From Hypanus sabinus (taxonomy: Eukaryota): a stretch of 64,000 bases of DNA. The position numbers were made by a program, and so were the translations under genes. Below the pieces are notes generated by a model that ran no database searches, was not told the DNA's origin, and saw nothing but the letters and a program-made list of their open reading frames with translations. Below, one piece after another: positions 38,261 to 51,620 of this stretch. The DNA lies in assembly GCF_030144855.1 (NCBI RefSeq), contig NC_082730.1, positions 3,844,001 to 3,908,000 on the forward strand. Reading direction: 5' to 3'. Position 1 is the stretch's first letter. Each line of letters opens with the position of its first letter.

Positions 38261-39859
38261 TGGCAGAGCAGATTCAATGGGCTAAATGGTCATTTGGAAA
38301 TCCAGCAGCACATCTTGTTCACACAACAACTCAGTCAATGCAAATCCCCCGTCATTGGTCTCTCCAGAGAACGAGTAAACCAAACTTGCAGTACTTTTTT
38401 GTCCAACAGGGTCTTGTGATCACTACACTAAATATCCAAAGCAATCAACCGTACTTTTTTAGGGCTGCGCACAGTCTAGGCACAAATGTACGCAACAAGT
38501 CCAGCTCCGTCAATATCGAGCAAGTCCACATCCATGAAGCTCTTTATCTCCTTTAGCGTCTCTGTCTGCTGCTCTCTCGGCTGCCCTGTCCATTCTCTGA
38601 CTTCCTCTGCTGTCCATTGGGTCAAACAGCACAGAGATCGTCCCTTTGATCCACTGAGGGAACTCCAACCATCAACTACCACTTTACACCAATACCATTT
38701 CATTAATCCCATCACCTCCCCCAGATTCTACCCCTCACCTTCTCAGTGGGGGCAATTTATAGTGGACAAGTAACCTACCGCCCTTGTATCATTGGAATCT
38801 GGGAGGAAATAATAGCACCCTGGGTAACTCGTACCTTTACAGGGAGAACATGCAAACTCCACACAAATGGAATCTAAAACCAGGATTAAACTGAGTTTGC
38901 TGGAGTTGTGAGAAGCAGAACTTCTTGCTGCCCGTCTGTATGTGATTTCTCTCTCACTCCAGAGACAACTGCACTCCAGCACCATTTTCAGTTTCACAAC
39001 CTCAACCACTTCCTGCCACCATGTTACAACTTTGCAAGTCTTTCATCAAGATCCCACACATCTCGAGCTGCTGAAACCCTTCATTCGTATTCTCTACCTT
39101 GTTGATCAATCTGTTGTGTTTTGATGTCACTGGCTCTGTTTCACCTGACTGACCTGTGCCAGCCTCTCACTGGATCTGGCACAAGGCCACAAACAGTATT
39201 AATTTATTGCTCTTGCCCCATGTCACTTCCTTTGTTCAACACAGTTCATCCAAACATGCAGCTCAGTCTTCGTCAGGTCACACAGGCTGTTTGTTTGATA
39301 AGCCTGTCAGTCGACGAAATCAAAAACAGCTTTTTATTTGGAAATGATCGCGCATTAATCAGATTGTCGATCCCACTGCATCTACTTATCGCTGCTTTGA
39401 TGAGACCGTCCCCAGGGGGGAGCCAGCTCACAAAATGGTGGCTGCAGAGAACACACATAAAATGGCAGCCTCCATTCCTTCTACTACAGGAATATATTTG
39501 TTTTTATTGCTTCCCTTGTCCCTGGCTTATTCCGTGCTTTACATTCCTCCTCATATGCTCTAACCATGAGCTGTAGAATACTTGAAAGTGAGTCCATAGT
39601 TTGTGGAATCAATTCAGAGTTGCAGTGTGAGAAGTTACCCACGCTGGTTCAGGAGTCTGATGTATAACTGTTCCTGAACCTGGCGGTGTGGAACCTGAGG
39701 TCCATACCTCCATTCCGACAGCAGCATTGAAAGATTATGGACTGGATGGTAGGGTTCCCTGATGATGCATGGTGCTTTCTTGTATCAGTGCTTCTTGTAG
39801 ATCTGCTCAGTGGTGGGGAGGGTTTTTTTTATGATGGATTGGCCATATCCACCACTTCA

Positions 39860-40074
39860 TGTAACACACACAAAATGCAAGTGGAACGCAGCAGGCCAGG
39901 CAGCATCTATAGGGAGAAGTGCTGTCGATGCTTTGGGCCAAGACCCTTTGTCAGGACTAACGAAGCGTCAACAGCGCTTCTCCCTATAGATTCTGCCTGG
40001 CCTGCTGCGTTCCACCAGTATTTTGTGTGTGTTGCTTGAATTTCCAGCATTTGCAGATATCCTCGTGTTTGACA
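39860..40074. mobile_element. Palindromic Penelope-end-derived insertion with 9-bp TSD (accacttca), copy-2 specific
   Basis: Inverted arms 39863-~39935 and ~39965-40033. Direct repeat at 39851-39859 and 40075-40083. The empty site is at ~700-712. Confidence 0.7.
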
Positions 40075-40400
40075 ACCACTTCACGTTGGCTTTTTTGTTC
40101 CATTGATCAGGACTGTGGTGCTGAGATAAAAGATTAGTCACAGTCCCATTGAAGGGGGAGCAGGCACAAGGATCCAAAAATCCTCCTGCTCTCATTGTTC
40201 TTATTTGGTGTGAGGTGACATTCTGACATCAGTCAGTCCGCTCTTGATGTCGAGCGCTGTGGCTTTCTGCCTGTGATCACACCTCTGTATTTCACCTTTT
40301 GCACAACACGTACTTTCTTGTCGACTGCTCCTCACAACGTACTGACTAGGAGGGGAAGCTTTGTGCAGCCCACCAGCGTCTATACTGTTCCGTGAGAACA

Positions 40401-40455
40401 ATGAACACCAGGCATCTGCTGATCTCCTGCTGGCTAACTCTCTGTGCCTCACTTT
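40401..40455 (+). CDS. CD2/SLAM-like receptor copy 2, exon 1 (signal peptide MNTRHLLISCWLTLCASL)
   Basis: ATG at 40401, phase-1 donor T|GTAAGT, paralogous to 1025-1079. Confidence 0.8.
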
Positions 40456-40794
40456 GTAAGTTTGATTCAGAGCAAGTCTTTGTCTTTAAAATCCTTCTCT
40501 GCACGTTCTCTGTTACTGTCTGGACTGGAGCATTTCTGGGTCCCACACTACCAGTGCAAGGAGAGTGTAGGTTGGGCACAGTGAAGCTGCCTCTCCTGTC
40601 ACACTCTCATAAAACACGAGTTTGACATAGAGAGCAAGAGAAGCTTAGTTATTGATGGGTATTGGGAAAGAGGATTGGCTCATTCTGTAGCCAACGACCC
40701 ATCCTGCTGCTAGTTCTGGAAATGGGGCTTGAGAAACTGGCACCAGTTGTTCACAGGATTGGGAAGGATTTGCAGGGATGTGGAATTGTGTACA

Positions 40795-41473
40795 TGAGAG
40801 AAAATGGCGGCGTGCCGGCAGTGTGCAGCGGCCACTCCAGGATGAATATCTGTTATCTGTCTAGTAGGATGCTGTGTACAATCCTGATTTGATGGAGTCG
40901 GACATGAAAAGCACGGAGGAACATCTGGCGATCTTCTGAAATGTCTGCTTCGCTGCCGCTGCTACTGTGTAATTGAAAAATCTCCAGAGAAGAATGCCCC
41001 GAATCCTCGACTTTGCCTGTTGCTTGGCGGCCGGGGCCGGGGTCGAAGCGTTCGGCAGAGATGGTGCTCGGCGCTCGGTGTCGGAGGGCTGGTCGGAGGC
41101 TCGAAGTTTTTGGACGGACTCAGAGTTGGCCGTGGTCGGGTGCTTCCAGGGTGCTGCATCGGTAACTTTGCGGCACTGGAGGCTCATGGCAGGAAGAGTT
41201 TTTCTTCCTTCTACCGTCTGCGTGAGATGATGGGCTGTCGGGGACTTTGAGACTTCTTCTTTACCGTGCCTATGGTCTGCTCATATCAAATTACGGTATT
41301 GCTTTGCACTGTTGTAACTATATGTTATAATTATGTGGGTTTTGTCAGTTAGTCTTGGTCTGTCTTGTGTTTCTGTGATATCACACTGGAGGAACATTGT
41401 ATCATTTCTTAATGAATGCATTACTAAATGACAATAAACGAGGACTGAGTGTCCTCATAATCTAATAATCTAA
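40795..41473 (+). mobile_element. Non-autonomous LINE-derived/SINE-like element with (AATCT/AATCTA)n tail
   Basis: Starts near aaaatggcggcg and ends gtcctcataatctaataatctaat. Related to 7110-7667. Confidence 0.6.
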
Positions 41474-42653
41474 TGTGACCCAGGACCCCTCAGAACCCAG
41501 GAACTGGGATCTGGTCTGGAGATATTTCATGGGAAAAGATCATGATGGGGAATCGCTGCAGGAATGATGGATGGTGACGGCAGGAAGTAGGGAGGCACTG
41601 GAATGCACAAAGAAAGTGGAAGTTGTTAGCTGTCATCTAACGTTTTGGCATCCGAGTGCTGGTTTCCTCTCTCTCTGCAGACAGACTGTCGATCTATCCA
41701 TAGCCCAAATGACAATACTGAACATTCAAGCAGTGAGAGAGAATGATGAAGAAAATCGTGATATCATTGCCAGAAAAGGTTGTTAACCTGCAGAATGAGT
41801 CGAAAACCTGAGGATTGAGATTGATTACGAACACAGCAAAGGGTAACAGAAATATCATTGAAGAAAACGAAAATGGACAATTGAAGGATGTTAAGAACAG
41901 ACTGTGAGAGCTGGAATCAGGAAATGAAATAGCAGCAGGTACAACTGTGGTTCCCTTACAGACAGAGGTGGGTCTTTGCAGTGGGGAATGAAGGAACAGT
42001 GGAGGAAATAAACCGTGGCTTCTTGTGTGTCTTTGTGGAAGACACAAAAACCTGCCAGAAATACAGAATAGACAAGTGTTGAATGCAAGGGTAGAAATAA
42101 AATCAGTCAGCATCAATGATGAAATACCATCATGAAAATTGATAACTGACACAGGCCTGATGAACTCCATCCCGGAGTTTGTGACAAGATGCCAGTAGTG
42201 TTACTCAACTTTCTGGTTATCATCTGCCAAACTCTACAGTTTCAGGAATGGTTCCTTCAGCCTGTTTCAAAAAGGAGGGAGAGAGAGAAAACTGGGAACC
42301 ACTCACCTGCCCAACTGACACTGGGAACAGGGACAATGTTGGAATCTGTAATAATGGGTGTGAAATGCATGCTGAAGAGGAATTATCACAAAGATTGATC
42401 AGACTGGTTTCTGATGTGAGGGGTCTGACATGTCACTAGTGTGGGAAATAGACGAGGCCTCTATTCAAATAGTTCAAAGTAAGTTTTATTATCAGAGTAC
42501 ATTTCTGTCACCACATACAAACCTGAGATTATTTCTCTTCGGGCATACTTAGCAAATCTATAGAACAGCAACTGTAAACAGGATCAATGGACAACGAACT
42601 GTGCAAATGCAAATATAAATAAATAGCAATCAACAACCTGTTCTTGGACCTGG

Positions 42654-45600
42654 ATTCTTCACCTTTGCAGCATATGGAGCAGGTCGCGTTTCTAGCGGCT
42701 CTCTCTCTTTTAATATATTTTATTTCCCACTAACAGATCCCTTTTAGTTCTAATGACTCACTACTTCTACTGAAGGAATTATTATTTTTATTGAAGGATT
42801 CATGACTTAATTACAATGGCCGAAAAAAGTCGTTCTGGTATTGAATTGCGTTGTGGCAAGACTTTCCCCGAAATGGAGCAAACGGAACAAACCAAGAAAA
42901 CAGAGGAACCTGTTACACTAGCGGGAAAATTTTCTTCAATACAAGACCTGGTCAGAATTCGGATCGCTGAATATTAAAATTCATAAGCTGACCGGTTCAA
43001 ACGGGAAGCTTGAAAAAGCTATTTCTACGATTCAAGACTCGCTGAAAAACTTGGATTCTCAACTTCAAACACTTCAGCAGACTACAACCCGAATTGAGAG
43101 CGAGCATGATTTATTCAAGCAAGCTATTAAATATCAAGGAATGAAGATATCTTTGACGGAAAAGAAAATCAATGAAATTACCTCGGAACTATCTAAAATG
43201 AAGAAAAGAATGGTTGATTCAGATAGTAGAGGGCGTCGGAGGAATCTGCGTATTCTGGCACTGCCTGAAAATACTGAAGCTGGCGATCTGTTAAAATTAT
43301 TTTCAAATATACTGTATTCACTTTTCAATGAGAACCTCGAAACTAGCCCCTTAATCGACAAAGCCCTCAGAATTCCATACTCTCTTCGTTCAGCCGAATT
43401 ACATCCTCGAGCAGTTGTACTTTCTTTGCATTATTACACGACTAAAGAAGCTATTCTCCGAGAAGCCAGAAAGAAACGGAAATTATTCTTCAATTCAACA
43501 CACATTCGTATAGTTGAAGATTATGCTCCCGAAATCTTTGCCGAAAGAAAGAAATATCGAGAAGTTATGAGTGAAATGTATAAGTTAGATTTAAATCCCT
43601 CCCCTCGCTTTCCAGCAAAGCTGATAATTCTTCCTGAAAAATCTCAACCATTGAGAATCTATTCTCCTCACGAGGGATGGGAGTATATTAAAAACTTTAA
43701 AGTTAAGCCTACTGAATACAATATTAAAGTTACATCGATTATTCAATAGCCAATTTTGAAGTATCTGCTGTATGTTGTTTATGGAGCTTTTGAGATAAGT
43801 ACATGTTATATCTTTTCACTCTCTGCTATGGGACATGGTCGATTTTTTTTTTACCTTATTAATAATTAATACATATATAACTATTTTGTAGGGAACCTTT
43901 ATAGTATTGTACTTTAGTGGTCCATGTAGGACCTGTTGTGTATTAATCTTTTTATTTTTTTTTATTTGTTTCAATACTTATAGTTTTAGGTCTGTTATAT
44001 ACATATATTCATTTATTTTTATTTTTTGAGAGAAAGAATATTCTTGTAACATTATTTGCTCGGATTTATTCTTTCTTTTGAGTATGTGTTTAAGCTACTT
44101 TAGCTGATTCATGTTTTTATTAATGTTAGACACAACGTTATAGTAGTTGGATTCTGTTTGTGCCTTTTATTATGGCTATTTTCCATGGGATTTTTGCTTT
44201 TTTTATATCTGGAGCTGCAAGTTGGAGAACAGGGTCAAAGGAGATTAGTTAGCATGGGACCTGCCTATCGGTTCTATCTATCTATTGGGTGGGGGGAGGG
44301 GGAGGGGTCTATTCGTAGGTTTTTTTCTTGATTGAGCAGTTCTTTTGATGGATTTCTCTTTCGTAAATGCGTCACTCCTTCTGGTTGTACCCGCGCCTTT
44401 TGGTTTAATCTGTACTTGCGTAACATTTCTTTCATATAATATTAAACTCAATTTTAAACATGGATGTTAATAAAATTAATATAATATCGTGGAATTAGAA
44501 CTGTGTCAATCATCTCATTAAGTGTTAAAAGATTTTTAAGAAATTAAAAACACTTAATGCTGATATTATTTTTGTGCAAGAAAATCATATTCGAAAACAG
44601 GATGGGGATAGAATTTTTCTCTTTTGGAAAGGGACTCTTTTTCACTCACTGTCGGATAGGAAAACAAGAGGCGTTTCTATATTTCTTAGTCCCAAAACCC
44701 CTTTTGTACACCTTAATACTACTACAGATTCAATTGGAAGATATTTAATTGTTATTGGTTTATTATGTGAGCAAAAGGTAGCTCTAGTGTGTGTATACCT
44801 ACTTAATGTAGATAATTCTGATTTTTTAAAGAAACTTTTTTCAGAGTTACTGAATCTCAATGAATATAAGCTGATCATGGGTGATGACTTTAACTGTTGC
44901 TTAAATCCGGCGATTGTCAGGTCAGCAACCAATCCGTTGCTTCCTAATAAAGCGGCAGCTTGTATTAACTCTTTTTTTATTAGAATGTGGCCTTGTCGAT
45001 ATTTGGAGATATAAACACCCCAATGATAAAGATTTCTCCTTTTTTTCACACGTCCGTCACAAATATTCCCGAATTGATTACTATTTTTTAGATACACATC
45101 TGATAAACTCCGTTGTTGAATGTGCTTATGACATCATTGCGCTTTCAGATCATGCGCCTTTAAAGTTAATCCTTAAGATCCCAGATAGATTTTTGAAAAT
45201 CTCACAGTGGAGATTGAACCCTATTTTGTTACAGGATCCAGCTTTTGTTAATTTTATTAAGGAGCAAATTTCTGTATTTTTTGAATTTAATACAACCGAA
45301 GAAATGTCAAATCTGGTTATATGGGACACCTTGAAATCTTTTCCTAGGGGACAGATAATCTCATATTTAGCAGCCTTGAGAAAGAAAACCAAAGTGGAAT
45401 TGTCAGTGCTTATTAATCAAATTAAACAGATAGATAAAGTGTATTCAGTTAAACCTACTGAAGACCATATAAAAAAAGGGTCGAACTTCAATCACAGTAT
45501 GATTTATTTCTGACCTTTCCCATTGAACAGAAAATTTTTAAATCTATAAGTTTATTTTATATACATGGGGAAAAATCTGCTAAACTTTTAGCGGGTCAGT

Positions 45601-47170
45601 TAAAGGCTGGGATGGTCAGAAGACAGATTTTAAAAATTCGCTGACCAGATAGAACAGAAACTTTAGATCCTTATGAAATTACTAAGATACTTATGGACTT
45701 TTATTCTAATCTTTATAAATCTGAATTCTCTGATAGTAATATCACTATGAATAGATTTTTGCAAAGGTTAAACATACCTCAAATTTTCAATTTTTCAATT
45801 TCATAGATTTTTTGAATTAAATGATTTTTTACTTTCTGGTAATATTTATTCTAATTTCTTTTTTAAACCTTGGATAAGGCTTTTCTAACATGGAAAATTA
45901 AGGGAATAAAAACTTTTTTAGAATTGTTTTTACACAACTGTTTAATGTCTTTTTCACTGTTAATGGATAAAAATGATATCTCCAATACACAGTTTTTCAG
46001 ATATTTACAGGTTAGGAATTTCTTACGCGATTTTTTACCAAATTACCCCTTGATCTGCTCTTCAAATTTTGCTTTTGTTATTTTTCAGTTTAAACCTTTT
46101 CAAAAAGGATTAATAGCTATCATTTATAAACAGTTAATGAATGCTCGCACATCGCCTAATGATAGGGTTCAACACTCCTGGGAAGTAGAACTTCAACATT
46201 CACTCTCAGATAACCAATGGAGTAAAATTTATTATTTAGTTAATAATTCATCTATCTGCGCACGCCATATTTTAATTCAGTTTAAGATAGTACACAGGGC
46301 CCATATGTCCAAAGATAAATTGGTGCATATTTTGCCTAATATATGCCCTATTTGTGAAAGATGTAATGCAGAAGTGGCTACTCTAACCCATATGTTTCGG
46401 TCATGTGTAAGTTTAAATAATTTTTGGAGGGATGTGTTTGGAATATTATCTAAAGTTATAGATCTGGATGTTCAACCTAATCCACTTACAGCAATTTTTG
46501 GGATTTTCCCAGAGGAAGCAAGTAAAGTGTCTGCCTCCGCCCAACATGTGATAGCTTTTTCAACTTTACTGGCAAGGAGAGCTATTTTGCTACACTGGAA
46601 AGAAACTAACTCGCCCACTGTTTTCTATTGTCTCTCCTTTATCATGTCATGTTTAAGCTTGGAGAAAATTAGAAGCCAGACATTTGATACATCTTTTGAA
46701 TTTGGGGCCCTTTATTTAATATTTTCACATGATTTAAGTAATCTTTATTTATTTATTTTTCTCTATTCTCTTTGGACAATATCCCTGTCCATGAAGGTTC
46801 AGAGATGACTGGAAGGATGTGTTGTTTTTTCTCTCTCTTTCTTTTTTTAAGTTTATCCTCATTTGGACTGCCCAATCTTTTTTTTCTTTCTCTCTTTTTT
46901 GTTTTAGTTTAGTTAGTGGGGTTTTTCTTTCTATCAATAAAATTTCCAAACTTTTTTTTTACGATTGCTATGAGGTGTTGTAATTTCTCTCTGACCATTG
47001 TATATATAACAGCATAATATATTACCTATTTGAGTTTGATATTATATGCTTTTTGTCTTTAATATTGCTGTTTATATGTCTTTTATATTATCTACTTGTT
47101 AAACTCCTCTTTCGATTTGTATTTGTATATTCTTTATTTGAAAATCAATAAAAAGGATTGAAAAATGAAA
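42654..47170 (+). mobile_element. L1-clade LINE with 15-bp TSD and an internal deletion of the RT domain; copy-2 specific
   Basis: ORF1 43051..43749 (RRRNLRILALPE, IVEDYAPE). EN from ~44460 (ADIIFVQENH, MGDDFNC, HKYSRIDY, SDHAP). The sequence then jumps at ~45780 to post-RT sequence (45870..46808, with CERC..HMF). TSD tgttcttggac(c/g)tgg at 42639-42653 and 47171-47185; the empty site is at ~8369. Confidence 0.92.
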
Positions 47171-47644
47171 ATGTTCTTGGACGTGGTGGTGCAAGTCCAG
47201 AGGCACATGGACCTTCTACCTGGTGATAGCAGTGAGAAAGAGCATGGCCTGGGTGGTGAGGATCTTTGATTAATGTAGATGCTTTCAGTGGCTGGGGGGA
47301 TTTTATCTGCGATGTACTGGACTGAATTTGCTACATTTTGTAGAACTTCCACTCAAATACATGGTTTCCATACCAGGCCATAATGAAACCAGCCAGCATA
47401 CTGTGGGAAAACATTGGAATTCTCCCGTGAGGAATTCTTCTTTCATTGATAGACTTCTAGATATTAAAATGATCAAGCAAATGGCAAGAAAAAGTTTTAG
47501 CCAGGATCAGTTGACTACGTTGTGTGGTCCATTGGTAGCACATCTGTTTCCTGCTCCTGCTCGTCATGTTGACATGAGCTCGGTAAAGTGTTTGTGAACA
47601 CAGATCACACAATAGAACCTCAGAGCAGGGAGTGTGAGTGTTTA

Positions 47645-48159
47645 CACTCTGCGGCCATTTATTGATAACATCCTGTGCCTAACAAAGTGGCCACTAAGGG
47701 TATGTTCATGGTCTTCTGCTGCTGTCATGCATCAGAGATGCTCTTTTTCATCAGCACTGTTGTAACGTGTGGTTATTTGAGCTACTGCCACATTCCTGTC
47801 AGCTTGAACCAGTCTGGCTATTCCCCTCTAGCCTCTCTTATAAACAAGGCACTTTTGCCCAAAGAAATGCAGCGCAATTTGCTTTTTAGATTTAATCACC
47901 ACTATCTGTTTTATCTAGAGATTGATGTGGTGAAAATCCCAGGAGATCGGTCGTTTCTGAGATACTCAAACCATCCCATCCGGCATCAACAATCATTCCA
48001 CAGTCAAAGACACTTAGGTCACATTTCTGATGTTTGGTCTGAACCTCATGACAATGTCTGCATGCTTTATGCATTGAGTTGTTGCCACATGATGGCTGAT
48101 TTGGTATTTGCTTTAATGAGCAGATGTCCAGTTGTATCTAATAAAGTGACTATTGAGTG
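47645..48159 (-). mobile_element. Tc1/mariner-derived non-autonomous element
   Basis: Imperfect TIRs and a transposase N-terminal HTH remnant KCDLSVFDCGMIVDA..GLSISETTDLLGFS (47892..48074). Confidence 0.8.
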
Positions 48160-49576
48160 TGCTCCAGGCACAGCCCTGCAGTGGATTCAGTGACCAGCAT
48201 CTCAATGTGGAGAAGCCATCCAAAGTGAGACAGAGAGAGATACTGTAGGGAAACTGTACCTTCAAATCTCTGAGTCTATGCTAACCATCAACCACCTGTT
48301 TACACTCATCCTACATTAATGGTGTCTGGTCCAGACAGCATTCCTGGCCAAGTACTAAAGATCTGTGTGTTCCAACTAGCAGGAGTATTTAGCACTTTCT
48401 TTACTGTGCATCCGCACATGGTTGGGAACGGGTTTAGAACCAGAGAAGCTGCCCCAAAGACACTCTGATCCATTTTTTTAAAATCTCACCGTCTCCATCA
48501 TATGAGACCGGAGGTAGAAGCAGTCAGCAGTTCAGGACACTTTGTTGAATGAGAAAAAGCCAACATTTCAGGTCAAAGTCTCTACATTAGAACTGTGGAG
48601 AAGAAAAATTCTATAGGGGGTCTCTTTGATAGGGTGCCATGGGGATAAGCTGGCTACGGGATTATCTGGTCAATGAGTGGCAACAGTTGGAACAGGGAGA
48701 ACATGGACAAAAGGACATTGAGCAGAATGTATAGACGTGAACTGTAAAACAGGAAGCCTGGTCCGGTAGGTCAGGCTGGACACCATCTCCACCACCACAT
48801 CCAGTTAGATTCTCTTACACCCTTCTTAAGCCAGTCACCCCTAGTGGGGCACAGGCTGCTGACAGCAGCTCACTCGAGACCTCTATCCATCTAAACAGGA
48901 AATTCTGTCTCTCTAGGACAACAGAAACCTGCCCAGAAACTGTAGCATTGGACTGTACACCCTCTTTGCTCCAAGGTCTTATCAGAAGAGGAGAGTCCTC
49001 AGAGACAGACTCAAACTGCGACTCCACGCTCACCACCTGACACTGGAGGTCCAGGCAACAGGTGAGGGTTGGACAGTGCAGTGTGTACAGGAGCAGCCGG
49101 TGGAAGGAACCCCCTGGGGACGGGAGGTGCGGCCTGTGGGACATTTCCCAGAGATGGAGCAATTTGTGCTGAACCAGCTCTGTATGAGAGCTTGGGGACC
49201 CAGGTCCAGTGACAATTCAGTCTGAGTGGTGGTCACCTTGTGTCCGATCAGTCAACCTCCTGACCCCTGCGCACACACAGTGAGGGTATCCCAGTGTCAG
49301 ACCCCAAACCTCCATGAATATGTCTGTGACCACACCCGACCACTGATATCTGGCTGCAGGTTGAAACTTCATTTCTCAGGGCTGGGTGCAGAGAGTTTTG
49401 AGCCCTGATGAAGGGTCTCAGCATGAAACAAAAGGAACTTTGTGTTGTCTGTCTCACAGGGCTGGGAGCAACATGATGGGCTGAATGTCTTTTTCCAGTG
49501 CCTTTGATTTTCCCAGGACTGATTCCTCTTCCAATCTCTGACCTCACCTATGGACTGTCTTGTCTTGTCTCCTCAG

Positions 49577-49900
49577 CTGGGACTGCGGTTCCCCCAACCA
49601 TTGTGACCGGAACTCAGGGACATTCGGTCTCCTTACATCCTGGGATCCCAGTCGGACCGGACATTACTGAGGTTGAGTGGAGTCGGGTATGGCCCAGAAA
49701 CAGGATTGTGAAGTACTCGAATGGGAACATTGACTACAGTAGTAATGAGCTGTACAAGAACAGGATAACCTTTCATTCTGGGAACATCAGTCTGGAAATC
49801 CATGATCTACGGAGAAATGACTCTGGTGAATATATTGGGATTTTTACAGCTGCAAGTTCAGGAGATGAAAGTAATACAACAGTGCGACTGGAGGTGTACG
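49577..49900 (+). CDS. CD2/SLAM-like receptor copy 2, exon 2 (IgV domain without B-F disulfide)
   Basis: 324 nt, phase 1-1, acceptor ctcctcAG and donor G|GTGAGT. Open and paralogous to 18689-19012. Confidence 0.93.
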
Positions 49901-50559
49901 GTGAGTGAGACCAGTCCCTGAAACACCCCTAATGGATGGGTGAGGGCAGATCCTCTGTGTTTCTCTGTTTACTGAACCCCACTGACTACCCGTGGCTGGG
50001 GCTGGGCTCACGGTTCCAGTGTAGTGAGTCTGGAGGATACACCCGCCACATCCACAGAGGCGGAGTCAGGAGCCGGGAGGGATTGAACCAACAATGGGGA
50101 ATCTCATGAGACTGAGGGAGCTCAGCACACAGGGAGAATGGACTTGATGTGAATGGGCTGGACAGTCTGTATCTGTGGGTCTCAGTTGCACACTCTACCC
50201 CAGGTGAAAGGCCTGGTCTGTCCTGTTCAGGGATCCCAGCTATCCCATCTGTTTAACAGGACACTGCTTGTTTATTCCCACAGACTGAGGTCTGAGCTCA
50301 GCAAAGTGTTTATTCCTCAGCCTTCATGCTGTGCTGTGCTGAGTGAGACCCTGTGTATTCATTACACTGAATATAGTGTCCCAGTGAGTGACACATGGAG
50401 GGAAGGGAAATGGTTTTGTGACACTTCCTCCTGTGTGTGTCCAGAACGTGGTGTGGGACATGGAGTGGTGGGAGTTGTGGATGTGGCAGTAGAGCAGAGC
50501 AAGGTGTTACTCAGGGAGAAACTGGCCAAAATATGTAAGAAAGAGGGAAGGGAGTGGAA

Positions 50560-51620
50560 TGTAAGTCTGAGGATAGTGTAAACTAAGTGGGTAAAGTTAC
50601 TCAAAGGTATTCTAAAGGACCAAGCATAAAAAGTATTTGGATTGGGAGATAGTTGAAATGTCTCTCTGTGTGGTAGATTGTGTCTAGGTTTTTGAGGAGG
50701 CTATCGGAAAGTTGATGAAGGAAAAGCAGTTAAATTTGTCTACATGGACTTTAACAATGTCCTGCATGGGATGTTGGTGAAGAATGTTTATTGCCTTGGC
50801 ATTCAGGTTGAGGTTGCAAATTGGATTCAACATCGGCTTTGCAGGTGATCTACAAGATGGTTGTCTCTCTGATTGGAGGACTGTGATTAGTGAAATGCCT
50901 CAAGGATTGGTGCTGGGTCCTTATTGTTTGTTATCTATATCAGCGATCTGGATGACAATGTGGTTAACTGGATCATCAAATTTGAGGATGACACTGATTG
51001 GGTGTACGGTAAGGAAGACTATCAAAGTCTTTAGCGGGATCTGGACCAGCAAGAATAATGAGCTGAAAATTGGCAGTTTCAATTTGATGCAGACGAGTAC
51101 AAAGCCTTGACCCTTGGGAAGTAAACCAGGGTGGAACTTAAATAATGACCAGTCAGGTACTGAAGAGTGTAGTAGAATAGAGAGATCTTGGAATACAGAA
51201 CAATAAATTCTTGAAAGTGTTGTCACAGTCAGATAGGGTCATAAAAAAAGCTTCTGGCACGTTGCCATTCATAAATCAAAGGATTGAGTCCAGGAGTTGC
51301 AATGTTATGTTGAAATTTTATAAGACCTTGGAGAGGATTAATTTGGAGTATTTGTGCAATTCCTGTCACCTATGTACAGGAAAGGTATCAATTCGATTGA
51401 ACGAGTGCAGAGTATCAGGACTTGAGGACCTGAGTTATAGGGGAAGGTGGGGGAATTTCAAGGTGCAGGTGGAAGTATTGGAACCAGGTTCAATTTCAAT
51501 GTCTAACTGAAACTTGAATAAATATTGGGAGGGATGTTAAAGACTTTGTCCAGATGTGGATCAATGGGGCTAGGTATAGACTAGATGGACTGAAGGATCT
51601 GTTTAGCCACTGCAATGCTC
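50560..51620 (+). mobile_element. Old CR1 RT/3' fragment in intron 2 of copy 2
   Basis: Paralogue of 20560-21690 with a PQGLVLGP remnant. Confidence 0.8.

Larger units (their letters stand above)
1..38525. repeat. Segmental (tandem) duplication, copy 1
   Basis: Colinear high-identity anchors with copy 2: 1~38919, leader 1025~40401, V exon 18689~49577, C2 exon 22325~52249, TM exon 25571~53710, 34370~59330 and 38525~63711. The differences are mostly copy-specific TE insertions and deletions. Confidence 0.95.

Noticed and set aside
43051-43749. Domesticated L1 ORF1 (L1TD1-like) gene
   Set aside because: It lies within a TSD-flanked, copy-specific L1 whose ORF1 5' part is frameshifted. An ordinary element remnant.
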